In this document: positions 12,301 to 27,300 of the stretch, one piece after another
How the letters are laid out: each line of letters begins with the position of its first letter
How positions within the stretch are numbered: the stretch's first letter is position 1
From: Hydrolagus affinis
Taxonomy: Eukaryota
NCBI GenBank assembly: GCA_012026655.1
Contig: JAAILG010000991.1
Span: forward strand, 1-64,000
Direction: 5' to 3'
DNA length: 64,000 nt
The notes under the pieces: generated by a model
Databases searched by the model: none
What the model was told of the DNA's origin: nothing
What the model saw: the letters and a program-made list of their open reading frames with translations, nothing else
Translations under genes and position numbers: made by a program

Positions 12301-15300
12301 ATCCTCGATTCGAGACCCCAAATTGTTCACTTCCACCTCCAAGGTTTCAAATCTATTGAAAGGTGTTAAGAAATAACAGATCACATCATGCCTTCAAACA
12401 TAGGTTTAAGAATAATTCCTTAATCAACATATTTGACCATTTACGTAACACCGCACCACTGATATTCACAAGTAATTCTTAGTGATTTTTAAAAAAATAT
12501 ATAAATTGTATTGAATGTAATCATTTATACTTCAGTTGAACATTGACAATTGGAATTGCCTATTGGAAGTAGTACGGATAGAAATAATTGAAGCTGTGAT
12601 TAAGATCTGTGATAAGATGTTGTGGGTTTCGCCAGTTCACATTATATTCTGTGAAGCGCTTTGAGACATCTTGAAGTCCTGATAAGGCACTATATCAAAT
12701 GCAAGAATTACTATTATCTACCTGTGCTGCACAACTTCCAGATCCTCCAGTTTCTTTGGTACCTCCAAACCCTCCAGCCACTTTTCTTTCTCAATCATCC
12801 ACAGCTCACATGCATCAGCCTCACTGAACATTCTATAGAGAGCAAGGGCATCCTGCAAACACTGTTTCCGTACATCTGACAGAGCCACTAGGTCAGCATA
12901 TATCTCTCTCATCTCATTCTGTTGGTCTCGTATTTCTGGTAGTTTCCTGAATTCATCTGGGAGCCTCTGTGCCTGCTTGTTCACAGCATCAATAGTTTGT
13001 CCACACTTCATGATTTCACCTGTCAAGTCTTTATGCTTCTTTACCAGTGTTTGTGTTGAAAATTCATCGTGGCCAACATCATCAGTGGACATGATGCGAT
13101 AAATGTCCTGCAGCCAAGCCTTGAGATCATCTGCATCGACTTGGTACTGGAAAAAGTTCTGAGTGTCCTGGAGATTTTGCTTGCAGAAGGCAGCCAACTC
13201 TTCCAAATCCTTCCACTTAGTGAGAACTTCGTCTATTCGTTCCTTAATCTTGGGCGAGGCAAAGTGTTTCTCCGCAATCATATCCTTGCCGTCTTTTACC
13301 GTTTGCTGCACATGAGATCTGAAACCACCCAGTTCGTCCTCCACTGCCTTATGTTTATTTTGCAGGATGACGATGCTGGTAATATCTTTCCCACAATCTT
13401 GTGAAGAGAAGATCTGCTCTCTTTCATTGATCCAGCTCTCGGTTTCAGCCATCTCCCAGAAGAACCTCCACAGTCGACGGGACTGCTCAAGCTGGGCTCT
13501 GCGTTCAGCTACCAAAGCGCAAAGGTCTTTGTAACATAGCTCTAGGTGGTTAACACGATCCCTGATCACATTAGGATCGCACGGTGTGTAACCTGGGAAC
13601 AGAATCACAAATAAACAGTAGTTTCAAATAATGTGGTAATTTCACTTAAATCAATCTGAAAACCTGCCATAATCTGGAAAAAGTCTCACAAAACAATTTT
13701 GTATTAATCGGAGTCTTTGAAGTTTTTCTAATTCCACAGCTTTTGCACTCTGTGTATTTCTAGTTTATTTAATTGCTCCATTACTAGGGAAATAGATTTG
13801 GTTTCATTGCGGAATGAAAAAGCTCTCAAAAATTCTGTTTTCTCATTTTTTTTCTGACATGCCACATTTTGCTTCCATAATACGCAATCACACAATCCTG
13901 AAAACTCAGAAGTAGGTGGAGTGATTAAAACATTGAATCGATATCTGTGTCTGGTTCGAAGATGGGGCTGATGTGTTTTCTCAGCCGACCTGATCATAAA
14001 CAATTTAAACAGTGCAGTATTTGAAATAAAGTCCTGTGGTAGAAACATCAATATGTACCTTCTCCTTCAGTGAACTTGAGAGCCCCTTTATTGACTAACT
14101 TCACTCTGTCAGCCTGGACTGCAATGTCAGCTTCCACCAAAGCATGTTTCTGTAATAGATCCTCTACACCCATCAGGTGTTTGCCAAGGTCCTGGGAGAG
14201 CAGTCGTACCTAAAATAGTCAAGAAATAAGGGTGTGAATCCAAGCGTAATAAAATACATTATATCTGCACGCTAGTATTGTAATGATTCATTATTTTAAT
14301 AGAGATTTTGACCATTGAGGATGTTTTGGGACATGCTATCCTCCCTGTGTGAAAGGCTCTATTTCAAATGGAAGTATTATTGTTATTATAACATGGTACA
14401 GCAGGAGGAATCTGAATTGATGACTTAATCTGACGTCTCCAGGGTAATGAGAATATCTCTTCTGATGTGAACTTATTTCCCTTACACTGGCTGCAATTTC
14501 TGCAAGACATTTCTCCTAACTACGTCATTGGAGCTCATTCTCTGAATAGAAACTATAATTAAATTCGAAATTAAAAATCCAAAAAAAGCAAAAACAGGTT
14601 GACAGGCAATTAAAAAGGTTATTAGCAGTGAGGCTCTAAACATTCTCACAGCAAATTACAACTAGTCAAGCATTCCTTGTGTTCCACTGGAACCAACTAA
14701 GCAAAACATGAATTCCCTCTTTTGCTTGAGTTAAAATCGACACGTACTTTCATTTCATCCATCCAGTCAATGATGTGCAGCATCTCCTGGAAGATCTTTT
14801 GAAGGTACACGTTCATCTCGAGCCTTGCCCGTCGAGCGTTGAGCAACTCCAACAGGTACTCCCAGAGTCGCATGATGTTGTCCTTCCTGGCATTAATGCG
14901 CTTGATGTCATGGTAATTCTCAGTCTCCAGCTCGTTCGACACATTCACAAGGGTCTGTACTCGTTCCTCGTAAGCTGCGATGTCTGTCTCGATGGCCTCA
15001 TGTTTCTTCATGGCCGCTTCCACAGCAGATAGGTCATAGCCAAAGTTATCCTGTGTGCCAAACGAATAAAAGGAAACAATAAATACGTGTAAGAGACTAA
15101 AATCTCTCACCAACGAGATGCAGCACAGCTACTTGTTCTGGCACAAATGAAAAGCAGACTCAGCCATTGAACATTGCTGGCTTCAATTGAAAGAAAAAGG
15201 ACTGTTGGACGTCAAACTATATGTTTTTAAAAAAGCATGCTTAGCTTTACAGCAGAGCAAATAACAGACCACTGGGGAAACTATTTTTCTTATGGTATGG

Positions 15301-18300
15301 TAACATGCAGAGCGTTATGTTAGTCATAAGCACCAGCACATTCAGACAGCCACTGGAGCAGCTTAAATGAGTCAGAAAATAATTTGTCATGAAGGAAAAT
15401 AAACTAGCTGATCACAAAAACATTCTAAGAAAAATGCGACTGAAATACACATTTTGTTCTCGGACTGAACTATATGCATTCACCAGTTGATCCGCTGAAG
15501 TACAACAAAGAGTAGGAAAAACAAAAGGAACAAGCGCCTTTATTTTGACTATAAAAGTCCGAACAAACAGGTTCAAATAAAACAGGAGAGAAGATTGTGA
15601 GCTGATTAAAGCACAAGGCAATGCCAAATGGTTTCACCAGCTTAAACGCCCACATTCTAGAATAGAGCCTGTACATTCAGCCAATATAGCCACTAGTAGA
15701 TAGTTGCATTAGAGTGTGTGGTGCTCGATGGGAATTTGAATCGTTCCAGGAGGCGAATAACTTCCGTTATTAAAAACACGAAGGCTGCAGAATGCAGGAC
15801 ACTTAATTAGGAAACGTGCCCACTTGCCCAGCCAATTGCTCAGATTGCTGGATTCTAATGAACTATCTACTGGAATAAAGAAAAAAAAACAGCACTGAAG
15901 TAAAACTGACAAAAAAAAGTTATTAATACTTTGCCTTCACCATCCTGATTTGCTGCTTCGTAAAACAATTTTTTTTGTGAAAAAAAACAATTACTTGGTG
16001 AGGACGCAGAGTTAAAGAGACAATACGAGAGATTTTCAATCATTGCATCATATTAAATATAAGTGTTGGAGAAATGATTACATGTTATCCAGTAACTTTC
16101 TGTTCATATACTTACATTTTCCTAACAAAATGAACACTGTGTTTCAATAATTATTTTTAAATAACTCATTATATCCAACCTACCCATTCAACATTAAATG
16201 TCATTTACACTAAAAATAAACTGTTGTATAATATCTACCTCCAATGCATTTATTTAGCATTCCTAGATGTTGACATTCACTAAGTACTTTGCAAATAAAG
16301 ACTAACATTGGAATATATTTTCTTGGAGCTGAAATGCTGAACACATTTGAGGTTTCTAGGACCTATTAATACACTGTGGTAAATATTTCATAGTTGTTCC
16401 TCACGCAAGGCTGTTCAGTCTGTACGTGCAAAGATCCATGCGTGCATCAGTGTAATCACTCATTAAAATTGCACTGTTCCTTCCCAATGGGAAAAGTCAG
16501 GGAAAGTCTGATCAGGTTCAAACATCAAATATAAAATGATTTCACAAACATGAGTGCACATTCTTCTAATCCTCATTGAAGACCATCAATCACTTGGAGG
16601 GAATGGAATATTCAATAAGCCGCTCCTTTCACTTGCACTGTGAAGATGGCTATATTTGCACTATAGTTCTTCATTATTATCTGAGTTCAAACATCCCAGA
16701 ACAATGGGGTTTGGGTAAAAAAAAAATCTATCTCGATTTCCAAATGAATATTATGCCTGAACGTCACTATCTCTATAAAATCTTTATCCTTGGGACATCC
16801 TCCCAACGCGAAAGGCACTCGACAAATGTAATTTTGTTGTTGTTACCCTAGATTAGGTGAATTTAATTGCATATAATATTCCAGATTGATCTGACCAATG
16901 ATCAAAACACCTAGCAGTGATATCTGCAACAATGCAACCCACTTTGTGTTGTAATCTATCCCACTGCCGTTGCACCATATACCTTTTGACCTTTGCAAAT
17001 CAATTTGCAAATCAATTTATCCACAATACCTGCATCTTCTAGGTCTCTTTCCTGATCTGTATGGTGTACACTGTTCCTTTCAACACCTATTCCCTTTCAT
17101 CTCCTTCTGGTTCTAGCTCTCATGGTTAGTGCCAGGTACTCTCCAAAAGGGGAGGGGAAAAGAATCAACAACATCATCCCAAACTCTGCACACCTCTAAA
17201 CAACCTGTTACACAACACAATTGGGAGAAACCATTGAATGGCTTCATGGCCCTAATCAAACCCTCCACCTCTGCCTCTACTCCCCCACATACACACTTAG
17301 TCGATGTACTTAACACTGTTTATGGAGGGAAAGAAATAAGGAGAAATTATATATAGCCAACATTATATGCATTTTTATATACAGTATTATATGCAAAAAA
17401 AGTACTCCAAGCACAATTTTTCAACTCTGCTGATTAGAATTCGTTAGATATTTACAGATTAGAGAAAGTTTTTTTTATTTGAAAGACATTATTTGTGCAA
17501 CTTGCAAATTAATAAGGGCGTTCAGTGATCAGCTCTTATTAATGATCTGAAACATGGCACTATTCCTGATTAATTTAGTGCGTGCATGTGTGTGATTTTC
17601 TTTACCTGTGAAACAAGCCGCTGATTTTCACACAACCAGGTCTCCCGCATGAGTGCCTTGCGGTCAAAACGGCGGGCGAGCTGCTCCAGCTTCTCCTGTC
17701 TGATCAGCTCATTTCTAAGGGCCAGTTCGCGTTCGTGTTCTGCCTTCTCCAGTCGTTCCCATCCCTATTGAAGAACACAACATGCAGGCAACATAAATTA
17801 TACCAGAATCTCCTTGCAACCAACTCACAGCCTTAAGAAGATTGATTCTCATAAGATTGCAGACTCTGACAAAGGCTCACTTAATCCAATTGAGGTATGG
17901 ATTCTTCTAGAGATCGTAAAGCAGAATTGTTGGATTTTGGTTCAAGTATACTGGTTCAAGTATATTTGCTGTGCTTCAATTCATGTGCTACAGGCCTGTA
18001 TTATAGTTTTCTAAGCATTTTCTTTTTAAAATTCTAGAAATTATTAAGAATGTCTTCTCTCACAGGGTTACTATTCTGGACTGGAATTCATTATTATACT
18101 GGAACACAGCAATAATATTGCATATTAAAATGCATAACAACAAAAGAATCGAAAGATGAAAAAGTCTGTCATCTGGAGGTTGCAATTGAAGCTTTTGCCC
18201 AAATCCTAGTAACTGAAATAGGGATCAATTCACTTATCCGTGGCTTGCGGGTAGAAAAGACCGTTTACATCTTCTTAACAGCTAGAATCTGCTCTGAGCA

Positions 18301-21300
18301 TTTGCTTTAATGAACGCTGAAATCCAGATGCTCTTCCCATACAGTCACACATTTCCCGTAACAACAAACCTACCATAATAGGAAACGGTGTCTCACTAGC
18401 CCAGCCCTGATTTTAGCAGAGGGCTAAACCAACAATTTTAAAACTTGTGGGTTTAGAAAATAAGAACTTACATGTGTACAGCGCCTTTCACGTCGGGAGG
18501 ACGTCCCAAGGCGTTGGACAATTTTCTCTCTTATTTTTACCAAACTGGTCATTGGAACCAATGAATGGACGAAGCTCCTACCCTGTTAATGTCCGAAATG
18601 AGTTTGCCTTCATGCGGTGTGTACACCTTCTGGTTATTCGCTCTCATCTTGCTCTGGATGGAGAACAGCAGCACTTCGAGATTACCTTTCTCTTGGAACC
18701 TGTGAGAGGATGGCAGCTCGTCACGCTTTAGTTACAATTTGAAAGCAAACCTCTGGGTAAACAGAGCCAAAAAAATAAAGGGAGATGAACTGGACAATAA
18801 TCTTGTAAACATCAATAGGCAGGGCAGCACAGTATTCCACAATGATTTGAAACCGTGTCCCATTAATCCACTCTGAAGAATGCCACAGAAGTAAGCAAAA
18901 GCATTCAAGCCCTGTTTGATTTAGTGCTGTTACTATTTTTATGCACCAAATTGGTTCAAACTTTGACTCTGGTCATGGCTTCCAGTCTTTTAAATCTTAG
19001 GTGTTCCACAAAAACATGAGCATTGAAAGCTTCGACGCAGGTTGAAAAAAATAAATGGCACATTTTCTAACTGCTTTATGCGAAAAGAGCAAATGTTTGA
19101 TACCAACCTGTTTCTGATCTCATCTGGTTTTATACAAATTCTCAAAGCTCCTGCAGATACACAGATTATAACTAATGATAATATTTATACAGTGCAGACG
19201 AATGGAGCTCATCACGGTGATGGATGTCAGTGAGAAAAGAAACACTTTTTAAGACTTCCCGGTGCCTTGTAACAACATTGAGTGCTCCCTGGGAACATTT
19301 AGCATAGGTCAGAAGAAGTGCAATACTCCTTTTGGTTTTGCCCCCCAAAACATCACCCCTCGAACAGCCTTAACTAATAATAACCCTCGTATTTGACTGA
19401 TGTGAGTTTTTGTTTCCCGTTGCCCAAGCCAGCCATCCGGTGGCCTCCCTGCGAGACTGGCATTGGGACAACGTTCAGTTCAAGTCTGTGCTGTAAAACA
19501 TGTGGAACTAAGCATCAGACTCAATCTCAATTTCAGGTTTTATTTCTCTTGCCAAAGACAGAAACATAACTAAATTCATCCAAGGCTAGGTTCAAACCCA
19601 TGACCCTGACATGAAACAACTGTGCATCCGTCAGCAATTGGTTCTTTTCAAAGTTATTGAAGTTTGCATAACCACCTCATGAATCACATTTAAGCTCCGT
19701 CTCTTGAAATATCTTGGGCTGTCCACTGGAAAAATCACAATATAAATACAGTGGGCCTCTGTCAATACTGCAGTAGTTCTTATCCTGATATGACAGCCCT
19801 GGTATAACACATGGGAAGCACAAAGGAAACGGCATCAGTGGTGACCTTATAACCTGGAAGTCAGACATTTTTAGATGGAAGCAACTAGCGCATGGGAAAT
19901 GAACCAGTCAACTGCGGGCCTGCACATTTTGGAATTTAATGGTTCTCAACTACTATGATAGAAGGCTCCAATTTGTAGATGAATGAAATGTGAATGAAAA
20001 GCAATTGAAACTGATATTGTTGTCACAAACATCCCACAGGGTTGTCTTCTCGGTACAGCTGAACTTTTGGAACAATGTTACATGGGATAGAACTGTAATG
20101 GAAGCATCTTGAGGTGATCAAAACTAAGAAACTTGTATGAGTATTACACCAAGACCTAAAACATACCTCAGCCTGACTTGCGTAACTTACTTAGAAGGTT
20201 TCTCCACAGTGCGGTAGGTGTTGAAAGCCTGTAGTTGTTGTTGCACTCCCGTCAAAGAGTTGGCAAACTTCCGGCTGTTGAGGATGATGATAGTCTGTTC
20301 GATCCAGGTCAACAAGTCAGAGGCCAATTGTTCGTATTTGTCGATCATTTTCTGGGTTTCAATTGCATTATCCAATACCTGAATGAAGATGGAGGAGAGC
20401 TCAAATCTGGTGATTAGCAAAACATTTTAATTATCAGCATTATAGTTTAAGTTATAGTGCATAATCTTATTTGAGAATACTGAATGCAAAGCGAAGATTA
20501 TTTATATCTAAACAGCAGTCATTTATCAAACAAACCTTTCCGATTCTCTTTCCCTCCACTGCTAATGCCTTCATCTTGGAGAAATAATGATAAAATGCAA
20601 CAACATAGGTGATTATTGATTTTTCATCTGGATTCTCTGTAAAAACATCTGTAAGAAAAAGACACATGCAATTTGTTTTTGTGATTTTATAAAACAGGCT
20701 TTATAATCAAGCAGAAGAATAGTGTTATTTGTGTCAGCACTCTGTCAAGTACAAATAACACCAAGAAGCATATTAATCCAAACAATAATTTGCAATTTTA
20801 CAATGCGTACAAGATGTCTCAAAGCATGAAATGTGTCATTCCTGTTAAGTGCAAGTTCAGGGTGGAAACCAGGGAGTACATCTACATGAATTAATGATTG
20901 GAACAGGTTACAGAAAGGGTATTGATAGGGAGGCCAGAATGCTGGATTTGTTTTAAAGAAAAGCTTAACACTGTGATGAAAGCAGAGTAGGGTGGATATT
21001 GTGGAAGGATTGATTGAGAGCAAATGGACGGAATGGCCTTCTTCACGTCCAAAAGAACCCAACTCCAGTTTTTACATTCATTTTTATGAGAAAAGCGTAT
21101 TCGTTTAATGTCATTTCGCTTAAAAGTCGCACTTTGCAAGAACCAAACCGCGACGTACAGGGTCTACCTGTATTGTGATCAGTTGAAATTTACATAAAGT
21201 CCAAATGAAATCTACCTTCGGGGTCAAGGAGTTTAGTCACACCCAGCTTCTGCTCTGCAACATTGAAGGCCTGCTGCAAGTTGTGGGTAGCATTCGATTT

Positions 21301-24300
21301 TTTCAGTTTCTTGAAATCAATCACATCAGGCCTGAAGAAGCAAAGACATGTTTCAAATAGGATCTGGTTTGTGTGTGCGTATGTATACACATTTTCCATT
21401 TAACACATTAATGAATTGCAATGAATAATGCTTTCCCTAGAATCCCAGACTTTAGGAATGTTACCCAGAATGGACAAGAGACAATTGTAGGTCATTTTAA
21501 ACAGACGTGGTTGGATGGGATTGTAGCAGGCAGCTTTACCTTAACCAATCACAAAACCCAGCTCCTGAAAGTGACAGCCACACATCCTACTGGCAATCGA
21601 TAAAAAAAATAATCATTTGTTAACAGATTTGAAAAAAACTACGTTAATATAAGCTAAACAGAACATAAACAAGTTACGGTTCTGGATAAGATCGTAAGGA
21701 GAAAAAAAGAGAGGCAAAAGGGAAATTATTCTGAAACGAGAGACGGTGACGGCCTGAGTTATGCACATTTCATTGCAAGCCACACTTGATGGCCATCGCC
21801 TCACTCACTCTACCTGTGCTTGTGGATAAGAGCATTGAATGCCATGCCATCCTTCCAGCTTGACGTGAAGTTTCTGATGTTTACATTGGGATACCTAGGC
21901 ACAAAAATAAAGTGTTTGTTCAGCAATGTGTCTTCCACCCCAGATACAGCAAAACGTTCAGACCCCATGCTTTGTGGTGTTAAGTTAAATCGAAGACCAA
22001 GATTAAAGGAAGGTCTGTAGACTTACCCTGCTGTCTTCATCTGGCACCAAAGGAGGAGGGCATCCTTCGCTGACCGAGTCTCACGGTTGTCATGTGTCTC
22101 TACAGTGATGTCCTGGATCTGAAATAACAGGTGCCATTTGTAGAGAATAACGTTCAGCAACGAGTGATTAAAAGCCGACAATCCCACGGGAGCTGCTCAG
22201 GTGATGCCATAAACCATAACATTAGACATGTTTACCTGAACACAGAGCGATTTTTAGCCCTAGATTCACCCCAGGATATGTATTTTTTTAAACCAGATAG
22301 ACTGGTGTTTGTTGAATAATTTAACTCAGTTTAAGCCTTTTATTTCTGTTATCACCTCGCTTCATGGTAGATGCTGATACTAGTGTCAATGAGATCTGTA
22401 CAAAAGGATTCATGATTGCACCATAATCATAGCAGGTATAATGAATGAGCAGCAGGTAATAAGTTCATCAGTACACACTTGGTTTAACATTGAAGTGAGA
22501 TTCACAGAGGGAGTGAAACCACTCGAAAGATTATTTCCATACTGTATCAATTGTAGTTCTTCTACATCAACACCTGATCATCTGTAGAAGAGAACATTTC
22601 ATGTCTCATGCCACGTATCCAATTACACGTTCAACATATAAACCAAACAGAGGAATAGCGATAGTTGATAAGACCAAATCCTCGGGTTCAGTGAGATAAT
22701 GTTCAATTTGATAGAGAACTTCAGTTAGTCATAATTTCAAAGGGATTTACAGAATAAAAAATTCTGTATCATTTATTTGAATAGACCTACATTTTTTTTC
22801 ACAAGCAGCAGTAGTTATGCAACAGCCTTTAGAGCTAAGGTGTATTTGGTCAGTGGTTAGGGCAGATTCTTGAAGACTGGGATAACAGAATGACTGTTTG
22901 ATGTACACAATACAATAAGGCTGCCAGCAGCAATCTGAACAGCTTAAGTGGTTGTCAATGTAGTTAGCGGTATCTGATTTCCCTCCAAGTCTTGTATCTG
23001 GCACATAATGTTACGTTATGCCAAGATATGTGTCTAAGAAAAGACCAGAAAAAGCACAGTACGAGAACACAGTGATTCTTTAGCAATACCTCACCATGAC
23101 ATTTCCACATATTCAGGAATGTCTTTCGTTTTCCTGAGTGTATTAATTGACCAAGCCAGAGGTCACAGAGTGAACTTTAACAAATAGTGAATAATTAACT
23201 CATTCAAAGTCTCAGCATTGACTCCCAAATGGCAAATATCTAAATGAATCAAGCTTGCGATCATAACGATTAATAGCATATTTATCTTTCAGTCAGATTT
23301 CAACAAGTCCACTCCACCCACATTGATGCGAGATGGGGCAAATAAGATCAGATCATATATTAAATCTTTAGCTCACACTTTCATCAGGTAGTGGTGATGA
23401 GGCAAGCATTCTTATCACATGCAAAAGGGCAAAGCTGACTTTTAAGCTAAGGAATTCTATTTTGGATAGCCACTAGTACATGGAATCTGGTGATTTTTTC
23501 CACTTCCCGGGTCAAGAAATGGGAAAGAGTACTTGAAGGAACTCCATTTCAAATACTATTGAATAAATCCACACAAAACTGGGAATAAACTAGTTGAAGT
23601 CTGATCAACTACTTTTCCTCTGGTTTCATTTATAGACGCTCTCGCAGATTGCATCTGAACAGGCTACCAGAAAGGATGGAGGATGTGGGACAATGGATTT
23701 ACTTAAGAAACAGCTTGATGCTTTAATGGCAATAGCGTCGGTGGGAAATCTGGGGGTACGAGACCAAAAGGACCAAAGACCCGTCAACATCAATCACTTG
23801 CCATCATCATCATCAATACCACTCTAGTGGATCTCGCTCAATCTCACTCTGTACATTTTGTGATCTTGTTAGTTTCAAAATTTAATCTCCTTTCTCGGAA
23901 TGTTTATTAAACAGCTGTCAATGTCAAAAGTGTTGTTGGACGGAAGGTGATAAAAACACAACTGTTTCCTGTTTCCACCCACCTGGAAGCGTAGGATGAT
24001 GGTCCAGATGAGACCCAGTGTCAGTCTGTGACTTCCATCAACGATGTCGTGTGACCCCATGTTTTCAAGGTGCACTTTTTGCTCTTTCAGGAACTGAAGG
24101 GCTTTGTCTACATTTTCCAAACAATGAATACGCATCCGGCCTTTGGTTGGCTTTGGCTTAATGGGAAGAATAATGGTAACGTGCATCAGGTCGAAAAGAA
24201 ATGCAATAGAAAATCAACAACAACTTACACTCATGCAATGTGTTCTCCTGTAAAACTAACATATAAAAACGCTTCACAGAATGAGATTTGTTAGAAATGT

Positions 24301-27300
24301 AGTGAACATCATGAAGGGGAAGGAACAGCGACCAGTGATGTGCAGTAAATTCATTGTAATTTGGGGAGAGAATTTGAATTATTTTCACAGTGTCAGGAAC
24401 GGCGGAATCTCTTCATGTTCAGCTGAATCAAAGCAGAACGGGATCTCAGTTGATGAATCAGCCCAAAAAATAATAATTTACTTTTCATCTGGCTCACAAT
24501 ACACACTTCACCTGTTTATTGCGGAGATTATCAGGTATCAAGTGAGGAAAGGAAATAATATTTCCACTGACCAGCATTGTTACCCCTCACAAATACAAAA
24601 ATAAGGAAATGTAGCAAGACATAGACATAAACATTGACAAACTCGATCAAACAAACATTGCATAAACTATTTGGAGTTCAGAATGCTTCAGCGCATTCAA
24701 AGTTAATGATCATCTCATTTGTGCATTTAATTTCTTTTTAAATAATAATGCACGGTAAACATGGGGCTCTCGATTTCATAGATGCACTTTACTCTATATT
24801 GTGTAATACAGGTACACAATATTACCTATTGTGTAGGTAATAAAAGTCCATTGCAACTTTCTCAAGGCCTTGAATTATTCTGTTGTTGTAATCGACCACT
24901 GATGAATCAAGATAGGTCAAAAAACAAAACAGTGACGCCAAAATTACATCCGATCCGAGAAACATACCAGTTGTTCTCCTGAAAGCACTTCCAGTAGTTT
25001 AATAAGCATGCGGCCATCTCGCAGGTCTGTGTACAGGTCAGTAATCCGGCAGGTTACACGTGCCAGGTGAGAGTTCACCCATTTTGTAAAAGTCTTCTTC
25101 TGCACAGCTTCTCGCTCATCTGAAAAACAATTGTAGAATACTGTTTGGGGTATCTCTTGTCACTGTGTTTAACCACCAATTGGATTGATCATGAATTTAG
25201 TGATGTACAGTGAACATTTTAAACTTAACATGGCGGACAATAATCCCATGCTACTATTCCCCAAAAAAGGGAGTTTCTCCCAGTGTCCCGGTTAACAATC
25301 TTGCAAATTAATACTGATCATTCATATCGTGTCTTTTTACGGAAAATTGCTGTGTCTAATTAGGAGCTAAAAAGAGCTCACAATTTGTGGGGGGAGGGGG
25401 GAAAATCAGTAGCTATCTCTCATATTTGCACTCTATTGTGAAATGGTAACTGTTTGCAAACATCATGAATGGATAAATCAAGAGAAAGCTTGTAGGATTA
25501 AAATAAAACCCAGGTATTGAACAAAGGTCATTTACAGGATCTCTATATAATGTAGACAGATGGCCACAGAAAACCGTTTGGGTAGGGCATCACAGACAGA
25601 TTTATTGATGGAATGTAAATGTAATAACAACAACATAAAAGAAATCTAGCAGCAGTATAAATAGTTGCTCATTACATTTCAAAGGAATAAAAACCTCAAT
25701 AAGGTTTATAAATAATACCAAGTATTTATCTATTTACATCTGATATCTTTATTAATTATATGGGCAAAGTCAAATCCTCCATGTTTGTTTATACTTATTC
25801 ATGTTTGCTGGTGTGCTAAACAATGTTAACATGGAGGAAGCCTGATTTAAAGGTCGAGGGAGGCTCTAAAAACAGGCACAGGTGAAGGGAGAAAGTCAAA
25901 AAGGACGCAATGTGAATGCAGGAAGGAAAAGGTAGTGCACAGCACAAAAGTAAAATTAAAAATGAAAAGGGATGGATGAAAGGATTGTGAGCCGCAAGGT
26001 GGGAGAAGGAGAGAGACAGCTGGTAAAGTGTAGTTCTGCCCTGCTTGTTGGAACACAACCATAAAAATGATGCAAGCAGATTAGACTCGCTTCACTCAAT
26101 GCACGTTCCCAATGCTGTTCTCACGTTCCTTAGGTTGGTGATATTTTTGTTCCCATTTTCAATGATTCACCAAATTGCAAAAGGGTGCAATGTAAATGCA
26201 AGTTGTTGTGGGAGAAACGCGGCAGCCAAATTGCGCACAACAGTGTCCCACAAACAGTCGTGGAAGTGGGGCCAGGGGAGAAAGGGAATAAGGGGGGAGA
26301 GGGAGGCAAAGGTGGGGTAAAATCAGGGAGGAAAAGGGGGGAGAAAGGTGGTGGTGGCTTAAAATCAGGGAGAAAGGAGGGTAAGGGGGCAGAGGGAGGG
26401 AAAGGGGAAAGGGGGAGAAAAAGGGAGTGAGGAAAAAAGGCCAGGGGGCAAGGGAGTGGGGGGGGAAATCAAACAACAACAAAGAACAAAATTTGTTTGG
26501 GATGGCATAAATGAACAACTTCATTCAGTCAAGCCCAAGAATAGCTTGTGATAATAATAATCCTTGCATTTGATATAGTGTTGGGAGGATGCCACAAAGC
26601 GCTTCACAAAATTCACTGTAAAGTATAACCGAACTTAGAAATCGAAACAAAAAATTGGGCAAGTTGGCTTATCCAGCCTGTCTTATCCAGTGCTAAGTAC
26701 TCTCTCTCCAAAGAGAATCAAAGGCTCCAATACCGAAGAGAATCATTGTTAAACCAACCCTCACTCAGCATTTAATTCATGCTATTCCTAAGGCAGCAGC
26801 ATTCGATCTGACACCTTGATGAACATAACAATGTAAAGTTTGTCAAAAGCATTTGAGGGGAATGAAAAAGCTGGTACTGTATTATGAAGTGTCCAAAAGA
26901 TTCAACAATACAACAGAGAGCATCGTGAGTGCACAGTAATTATTCATTTCAGACAAACATTCAATGTGCATATCACCTCCCTCAATGATTAACAAGGAAA
27001 TAAATACATAGCCATTTCCTTAATTAACAGTATCTTTTGCTGTATTTTTTAAACTGAATTTCAGTTTCTATGTAAATAAGTGTGTGTGAGGGGTGGGGGG
27101 GAATCCATTCCCCAAGAATAACTGAGACACAGCCAGCTAGTTGCACTATACAGTGAGCACTCAATGTTGCTGCTTTGAATGATTTAAAATGGAAAAGTGC
27201 AAAAAGAGACAGTTCCGTGATACTGACAGAGCCATAGCTTGGGAAGGAGGAGGGGGAAAGCAATGAGAAAGATTATCTGATTGCAGCAAACTCACCAGTG

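Noticed and set aside
529-15032. Plus-strand ORFs overlapping spectrin exons
   Set aside because: Antisense shadows of coding exons with no independent gene structure
26159-26524. Pro/Leu-rich and Gly/Lys-rich ORFs
   Set aside because: Translation artefacts of the G-rich low-complexity tract
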